From assembly GCF_009914755.1 (NCBI RefSeq), contig NC_060937.1: a DNA stretch of 64,000 nucleotides. The stretch is one strand, 5' to 3'. Positions 55,921 to 64,000 of this stretch are shown one piece after another. Position numbers and translations under genes: made by a program. The notes beneath the pieces were generated by a model, which ran no database searches, was not told where the DNA came from, and saw only the letters and a program-made list of their open reading frames with translations. The stretch's first letter is position 1; each line of letters opens with the position of its first letter. The stretch comes from the human T2T-CHM13v2.0 reference genome, Homo sapiens.

Positions 55921-58900
55921 GCAGGAGGGACACGGGTGGCAAAATTCGCTCACTTCCTCTTTCTGAGAGGGACCTCTGGGGGCTCCAAAGAAACCTTTGA
56001 GATCAAAAAAGAGCTAAGAGAAGCCTTTGAATGACGGGCAGAATTTATTAAGAAAGGGAAGAAAGGAATATTCCAGCAGCAAAGAAGTTGTCGAAGTTCA
56101 ATTAGTGACTTTAAATGGCCTGAAAGTTTTCAAAGCATTTTCATGCACATTATGTCATATGGGCCTCCCAACCACCTCGTGCTACAGTAAGGCACACATT
56201 CTGATTCCCACAATGCAGCGGAAGAGCACAGTTGAATGGCGTGGCTCCCAAGGCTGCCATATTTCGAGATTCTAGGGGCCACCACACACCTGTGTTCACA
56301 GAACAGGGTGCGTGGTGATTCTCTGTACTGGCAGCTGAGACTGGCAGGTCTGGCTTCTGATGTCCTTTGCACTACACTAAGCTGTGATCATGTTCATCAT
56401 GTAAAATGAAAAGGATTTAAAATGAAAACACAGTAATCACTCCTATCTTTTAATATCTTATATGCTGCTATGCTATCAGTTTTACTGGATTATTTTGAAA
56501 GATGAAGTGGATGTGTGTGGGTATATGCATATATGAAGATTAGCATATATTTATTTGTATGGTATATCTATGTATCTATAAAATGTGAGAAAATATTAGG
56601 TACCTTAATCTGCACTATTATCCATTTTTTTTTACATTAGGAAGTTTAAAAATTACATATATTCAACCATACTAAATCAAAGCAGCATCACACCAATTTT
56701 AGCCCTATTTTTTAAAGTTCAACCTGTTTGAGGAAATGACTAGTCTTACACAATGCTGAGAATCTTGATGAGAAAATCAAATAGTTATTCTACAAAGAGA
56801 AAAAAAATAGATGCAAATACCTTCAAGAGCAGCCTCCTATAAACAAAAGTATTACTACATAAGATTATAGAATTTTGTTTTTAATTTTGTTTTAACTTTA
56901 AAGGCTAAAGTTTTTAGCTTTTTCAGTGTAATGCAGAAGTTCTGTCTAAGAGAGTGGAGGCAATTTCATTAATGGCATACGTACCAAAAGCTAATAGCAC
57001 AAGATGCATTATAAATGTCTTACTGACATTTGAAATATCTCTGGGAGACAAAAATGGCTATAATTATTCATTATATTTGTAAGCAGTGAATTAGATTCAT
57101 CAAAAGGTTAATCATCTTCCTCAAGGTCACAAAATTAGGCAGCATAAAGGTAGTATCTGAAATCCAAGGCTTCTGACTGTTACCTCGGTCCTTGAAATCA
57201 ATTAAAATCGTCTCCATAAGGTCTGACGTGGGTACTGTCAGAAGCTGGCAAAATTCTTTTACACATTAGAAAAACAGGTGCGGATGCTACCTTGTCACAT
57301 GTCAGCATGTGTCAGCACATGTGAGTTTAGCTCATGCAGAACATACTGGTTGGCATAGATGATTCCTTCACATGCAGATATGAATCTACACAACAACAGT
57401 ATGTTCCAGTATTTCACAAAGAGTATCAGACGCACATCTCTCAATGACTACATAGGTTGCACAGAGTGTACAAAGAACTCTGTCTACTGATATTTCCTTC
57501 CTCTCATTTTTCACATTTAGACTGTAGGAAACAGGCTAAGCTAATGAAAAGACAGTACGACAAAATCTTCAACTTTCAGTTTCTGATTTCCCCAATAAGA
57601 AAAGACATAAATGTGTCATTTCTTATGAGACGCGTGGAAAGAACCCCGTAGAAACCATATGGTTGTCAGTAACGGCATAATCTCATTCAAAGGTGCTAAG
57701 AACACTAATGAGACCAGGATGTCAGGAAAAGCAGAAATAGATCAATATTTCTCTCCCATTTATAGTTGTCCTCACCATCAGTCTCTGCACCAGCTCTATG
57801 TAAATGAAATCAATCAGCAAGGATTTCTGCAAAACGCATAAAACAGTTCTCCTCTCAGCTCTACCGGAAGATAAATGATTCCAGACGTTGGCCTGTGGCC
57901 ATTTTCCCACACATGCTCCAGAGCTCTGACATCCATATTGGGCCATAACACTGAGTGGTTTCTACTTTGGCGAGTTTACAGCCAGCGCTTCCACTTCTGG
58001 TTTGGACTAGACAGCCTGCTAATGCAGATGCAAAATAAGTCCCTTTCCGCCTGTGTAAATTGTAAAAGAATTGACTTTTTCCAATAAAGGACCTCCTGTG
58101 AGCCCCCTGAAAACTTTCTGCTATCGCTCATAGAATCTTATCATTCTCAATCACTGCTTTAGATCCCCTTGGAATTAGACGAATCCTGGCCTAATAAAAC
58201 ATGCGACATATGACATCGAACGCAAACCACTTAGATGTAACATACAATTACCAACAGCCCAAGTCCAACTTTGAAAACGAAGCCGTTGAAAAATGTATTA
58301 AACATAAATAGCAGGATTGTTTCATATGGTAGCTTATGTTCTGAAAGAGGGTAACAGACTTTCTGAGAAAGATAAACTACAGAAGATCCAGAAGCAGCTT
58401 CCTTTAAAAATGATGTCAACACCAATAACATTATTTGGAAGGCTCGTAGGAAGTCCAGGTCATATTCATAGCTATTTAAGTAACGTAGCCCATGGAATTA
58501 AGCATGCTAATACAAAGCATTTACTGCCAACCTTGTCAATCTGAAAGGTGGGTCGCTTTCTTAATAAACTGCCTTTGAGGAAAGATACAAATAATTTTGC
58601 CCATTGTTATAAATAGAGAGAGAAGGAAGGAAGGAAGGAAGGCCTTATCTATATCTGTAGTCTGAGATAAAACAATTCTCTCTGAGATTAAATAAAAGTA
58701 AAATAAATCTAACTGTAACTTGCAAATGTTTCTAGAGTGAGTAGCCAAAATGACAGTCACTGCTTTTTAATTTTAAATCAAGTTCTTGTTAAGAGAATGT
58801 TGTAAATATCAAGTCCACTACAAAGAAAACTTTTTATATCAATGACAAAACTCACAATCTACATAGGAAGTAACTGTTGTCTTTCCCACCACCACGACCT

Positions 58901-59210
58901 CTTTTTCTATGGAACACAAACTTACTTTGTTTAAAATTGTCCTTAGGCTGTGCTGTACCTTTCAAACAAAACCCCTCTCTTCTTCAATTCATTTTCAGCT
59001 TTCTTGAAAACTGCTCCTCAGAAACTGACAGATGGTGCATCTGTCACCGAGTGTTTTCTCTTCGTTATCTCTGCCAGCTAATATTTCCTCTGTGCTTGGC
59101 TGTTGTCTGTGAGACTGGTCCACATCATTCTAGCCTGATCAATGGTGTGCCTGGTTTGAGGTTGGTTTTGGCCCCGCCTCCAGCTCTAAGAGAAAAAAAC
59201 GAAAACTCAC

Positions 59211-59360
59211 AGCTGGATTTCCTATAAATCCTCTTTTTAAAACTGGCTCTGCCGCTCTGGCACATACCAGAGGAAACGCTGCCAGTCTATCACAAACCAA
59301 GGGGGGTGCTCCTTCTCCTAGGCACCCCCACCGCTAGTGTCAGGTGCCTTCCTTATATAA
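59211..59360 (-). promoter_or_regulatory. STARD13: Candidate alternative STARD13 promoter and first exon (possibly for a SAM-less, gamma-type isoform)
   Basis: Minus-strand TATATAAG at 59352-59359; GC-richer non-repeat segment; two donors ctg|gtatgt (exon end 59268) and gct|gtgagt (exon end 59211). Confidence 0.55.
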
Positions 59361-59471
59361 CACATCCCATTTTAAGTTAGCCTAAAACTTCACAGGAAGG
59401 GAAGAAGTGTTTTAAACCAAGCTTAGGTTTTTCCATGCCTAATAAGACTCGAAAGAAGATGCCCATGACTG

Positions 59472-59473
<2 letters not shown>

Positions 59474-59505
<32 letters not shown>
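59474..59505. repeat. (AC)16 microsatellite
   Basis: Direct read. Confidence 0.95.
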
Positions 59506-59507
<2 letters not shown>

Positions 59508-61289
59508 ATAAATAATTTTTAATCTGTTAATACTGTGCAAACCAATTCCAAGGAGAAAACAGAAAAGGAGAAAATGCCAAAATAGGATATAACAAAATCA
59601 GTGCACATTTAATTGTGTATCCTTAAAAAACTCAGGTCATCCTTCACATTCTGATGACATTACACCCTCAGTTGGCAACAGGATTTGCTTGTATTTACAC
59701 TGCCAATGAACTTGGTGAATCAGGAGAATGCATGGGATGCATTTCAGGTTCCAGATGAGAGGCAGTTGCTTCTCTGGGTTAACCACTACCAAGTGGGGTT
59801 GAACAGGTGACTGTGGAACAATCAGTCTGCTCTGTAAGTGAGCATGACAAACAATGCATTGTAGACTTTCGTATACTGCATGCTCGATGGTAATCTCACC
59901 TTATCAGTGAGTGGAGGCCACACGTTTACCATGAATAGAAAAAGTGAGTGTTCCTAAACTAAGGCTATATGTTGGAATACTGTACTAGGATTCACAGTCA
60001 CAGGATCTGGATTCGAGTCTCAGTTTTATTTCTCGGCAGTGTCCTCGAACATGAAAGGCACAGAGTATGCTCTGGAGACCTCACAGATGACAGCAGATCA
60101 AATGAAGATGATAAAGAACTTTGTTGTTATTATGCAACATTCGTATTGTTATTTTCAACAACAGAGAGAATATTAAATAAATATACATGTTTAATCTGGC
60201 AGAGGATGATACCAAACTACCACTGCCTGTGATAAGGAGAGCTAAAGATGAAAGGATTCCGGGAGTAAGGTGCAGAGTATACAGTGCATGCTGAGGATAA
60301 CAGCCACTCAGATTTTAAATGTTTGAACTCCACAGTGAGGGAGAATACGAAGTAAGCATAGGGCAGAGTGGGGCTGAATAGCAAAAGTTTGATACCTTAG
60401 TTCTCCTTCCACTCTCACTCAATAGAACCCTAGAACTGGCATCTGCCATTAGTCAGTGAGCTCCTTAAAGGCAAGAAAAACACAATTGGAGTCTGTCAAA
60501 TAAAAGAATGAATGAGACTTTGAACTAGATAAGAGGTACTCACTCTAAGAGAGGGAGTATAGAGTATTGTGAGAAGCCTGAGTTTGAAGTTGTAAAATCA
60601 GATACTTCAAGGTTGAGAGTGCCTGTGTGTCTCAACCTTGTAGGGATTTGTAGAGAGAGAGGCTTTCTGAGTAACTGAAAAGTAACACGAGAGATTTTGT
60701 TCAGGGTCCCCTGATTTCGTCCAGCTTTCTACACTCGCCCCTCAACTCCACCCCTTTCCCACTTCCTCCATGAGAACGTCATTCTGTGACAATGAACTTG
60801 AGTCAAGAACCAGGATGTCTGTAAACATCCCTTTAATGAAAGCACATGGATTGTTGGGTCAATTCTTCCCATATGGTGTTGCAAGTCTTTGCTTGCTGTA
60901 GCTGGCCAGAAGTCAGCTTTTTAATCCAGCAGGCCCTGCTCGATGCAGGCTGTGTGACAGGCATCTGTGACCCTGCCCCGCCCACAAAAGGCAGATTATA
61001 GGGGCTGCTCCTGCTCCTACCCTGCCTGGCACCTCACTGCCAATGAGCTTCTGTGCTCTTGACTAAATATATTGGGAAATTCCCTACTTCCATAATAGTT
61101 TCATGTGTGTGATCTCTTCTCCCCAAGCTAAAGGATTATGCCAATTTTGGGTAAGAGAATTTGTCAACTGCGAAGATCTTATCTAATAAATCCTTTTAAA
61201 AAACCTCCTAAAATGTGCAAGACATTCCGTGCTAGCCACTTCAGAGGATGTGTGCTGCCAGCTCTCTCTGGCACAGGTGGTCTGCAAGG

Positions 61290-61870
61290 GTACATGAAAT
61301 GAAATTATCACCTAAAGCAGGATATGAGGACAGTGGGAGGTGGAAGGAGTCTAGGTTGGGGAGTGGGAGTGGGAGAATCTAGAAAACATGGCGGGGTTGT
61401 AGCATGAGGGTACACAGGCAGAGATGAGGGAGGACCCAGGAGAGAGAAGGACACTTCCAAGTAGGGAGTGAGCTCTATGGCACCCAAAGAAACAGGAGGC
61501 AAGGCAAGCTTGGGGACTCAGGAACCTTCTGGTGCTGCTGAAGCACAGGGAACACGTGGGGGAAATCAAGCAAATGAGTCATCAAAGGTGGGGCGGAACC
61601 ATATATGGGATGGCCTTGGATGCTGGGAGAGGGTATGGGGAGTTCATACCAGCTCAGGTAGCAATTATGAACCCTTGGGGGTTTTAGAGCACAGGTGTAA
61701 CACAGTCTGAGCGGTGAGAGCTAGAAACCATGTTAAGGATGGATTCTAAAGGGAAGTGTAGGCAGATGGCTCCACTCAGGAGGCTATGGCAATTATTTCA
61801 GCAAGAGGTCATGAAGGCTGAACTAGGAGGACAGGGTTGAAAACAGGAAGAGTGCTAGAGGCAACCAGAA
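61290..61870 (-). mobile_element. L2 fragment
   Basis: ttggggggttttagagcacagg-like and caggaggctatggcaattatttcagcaagagg motifs. Confidence 0.5.
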
Positions 61871-61879
61871 AGACATGTG

Positions 61880-62200
61880 AGTCCAGGGAGATATGTCTTA
61901 GGAAATTCCATCTGGAGGAATTTTTCCTGGAGGTATTTGCAGACAGGTGTACACACATATTCAAGTTTTAATTTCAGCATCTTTCATTGCAAAAGATTGC
62001 AAATTACCTCAGTGCTCACCAATAGAGAACTTACAAATAAATTATGGTACAGCCACATAGTGAAATACTTTTGCAGCCGTTTAAAATACACACACAGCTA
62101 CAAGACTACTGTTGTCACATGTTGGTGATAAGCACCAGATTGCTAGTGGTCAGGAAGTATGCCTAGAAGAGAAGTTTTAGACAGAGATTCAATTTATGGC
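61880..62200 (+). mobile_element. Ancient L1ME fragment
   Basis: caaataaattatggtacagccacatagtgaaatacttttgcagccgtttaaa. Confidence 0.6.
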
Positions 62201-62229
62201 AAAGGAAGGAAAATATTGGGGAGTGGAAT

Positions 62230-62351
62230 GTGCATGGGTGGGGACCTCAGGACTTGTGTGTTACCCCCATATTGGCACCTGCGTTCCCCAGGACCAGGAC
62301 AACCTAGAGCTGTGCAGTGTACAACCTACGCAAATGTATATGGTGTCTCTG
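62230..62351 (-). mobile_element. MER91-like hAT-Tip100 MITE
   Basis: tgtgcagtgtacaacctacgcaaatgtatatggtgtctctg terminal motif. Confidence 0.55.
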
Positions 62352-62732
62352 CCTACAACCACTGACTCAAAGGTGCCAGAAATCTGCCTCATCCAGCCTT
62401 GATCAATTTCATAATCAAAAGCCCAGAACCTGTGTGCCTGAGCCAATCAGCATTGGAAAGGAACAAACAGCAACACTACCCATATTGGGGACCTAAAAAT
62501 GCCTTTAAGAATTATACCAGATGGCAAAGCAAAAAGCATGATGTCTGAATCTTCTCTCTCTCTCTCTCTTTTTTTTTTCCAAATTCCAGGGCATAAGAAG
62601 CCAATTAACCATTCCAAGCAATATCTAGGTGTAAGTGCAGTGAAAGTTCATAAACTGAACACAGCAACAACAATTAGGACAGATCTGCTGGTCGTCAGTC
62701 CTGCCATCCTTAAGTGAGGGACCGATATTTCA

Positions 62733-63149
<417 letters not shown>

Positions 63150-63464
63150 TCAACAGCAGACGCTGGGGTCGACAACAGCCGCAGTGTTCTTTGAAGGGGC
63201 AAGGTAGGAAGGATCCTAGAGGCAATAAATATGGCTCCTTGGGGACTTTGTTTTCTTTCTTGCAAAGAGCCAGGTCTATTAAACATCAGCTCTGCAGAGG
63301 GGAGAGCACACTGAGGAAGCAGAACTTACTGCACATCAAGGGAGGAGCCCTTACAAAGTAGCAGGTTGCAGACAATTTGCAAATTCCGGCAAGAGTAAAT
63401 GAAGAACACAGTATTTCACAGCCAGTGAGGGCAGTATGACTTCATGGATAAGAGTGTGCTCCCT

Positions 63465-63690
63465 TTACAGTGCAATAAAAAAACTGCACTTAATGCCCAA
63501 ATGCCTGAATTGTAATCTTGGCTCTGACGGTACAAGCTGTGTGAATTTGAACAAGTTACTTGCAGTCTCTCATTGTTGACTAGATAATAATGGTACACAT
63601 CTTAGGGTTGTTGCACAGATTTAGTGCGTTAATGTACATAAAATGCTTGCCACAGAGCTTAGCATAAGCATTCAATACATGCTATCATTC
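63465..63690 (+). mobile_element. MIR
   Basis: agctgtgtgaatttgaacaagttactt...tagggttgttgcacagattta...aagcattcaatacatgctatc. Confidence 0.75.
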
Positions 63691-64000
63691 CATAGTTAGA
63701 ATGGAATAAAACACAGGTGATTTAAAATATAGGTGATTACGACTACACTTAAAAGATTGACTTTGATTAACCACAAATCAAGAAATTAAGAATTCTCTGT
63801 AAGAACTGCTAATTGTATTAATGCCTGCAATTTGAAATACTTGAGCAAATAGGGTGCGATATTGTGTGTTATTTAACACTTAGGTTAAGCGATCCTGCAG
63901 ATGCTGCTAGCATCTAATCAACCATTCAAAATCTGGTAGACCAACAGTTTAGCTGGCATTCTAAAGAGGGCACCTCCACATCAGAATCGGCCATTTCAAG

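Noticed and set aside
57641-57660. aaccccgtaga resembling the miR-99/100 5' end
   Set aside because: Extra C, no further match, no precursor hairpin
59171-59230. Plus-strand GC box and cctataaa as an antisense promoter
   Set aside because: Two short motifs only; better explained as part of the minus-strand first-exon region, though divergent transcription is not excluded
59328-59345. CTCF-like ccgctagtgtcag (similar near-match at ~6872)
   Set aside because: One base short in the core spacing
60608-60640. 11-bp stem with 11-nt loop (caaggttgaga...tctcaaccttg)
   Set aside because: Short enough to be chance in 64 kb; no supporting context

Overview
Human/primate genomic DNA lying inside the STARD13 (DLC2, SAM-RhoGAP-START) gene, which is transcribed on the minus strand. 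Three coding exons are directly readable. The first is an alternative first coding exon (38983-39127; MLEPSSVLHANVNQ..., the N-terminus I recall for the beta isoform). The other two are SAM-domain exons (20902-20973, IEAKEACDWLRAAGFPQYAQLYE; 18688-18769, SQFPINIVAVKNDHDFLEKDLVEPLC), which splice in frame. The alpha first exon and all exons from RLNTLNKCASM onward fall outside the window. A TATA-containing candidate alternative promoter/first exon lies at about 59211-59360, and several other strong minus-strand splice sites suggest further non-coding or poison exons. The rest is intron: 12 Alus, L1MC/MD/MA2/ME pieces, L2, MIR, a two-LTR THE1A, MST, MLT1, ERV solo LTRs, hAT MITEs and microsatellites. 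Apart from the 38942..39127 ORF, the supplied ORF track is essentially spurious. No prokaryotic-type system is present. The most notable signals are a perfect 39-bp-arm hairpin at 42485-42574, a first-exon ORF killed exactly at the splice junction (T|AA), an out-of-frame uORF overlapping the beta start, a nuclear-receptor half-site cluster upstream of a strong donor, and an octamer-bearing segment present both inside an LTR and 1.3 kb away. Repeat subfamily names and old-repeat boundaries are from recall and approximate.
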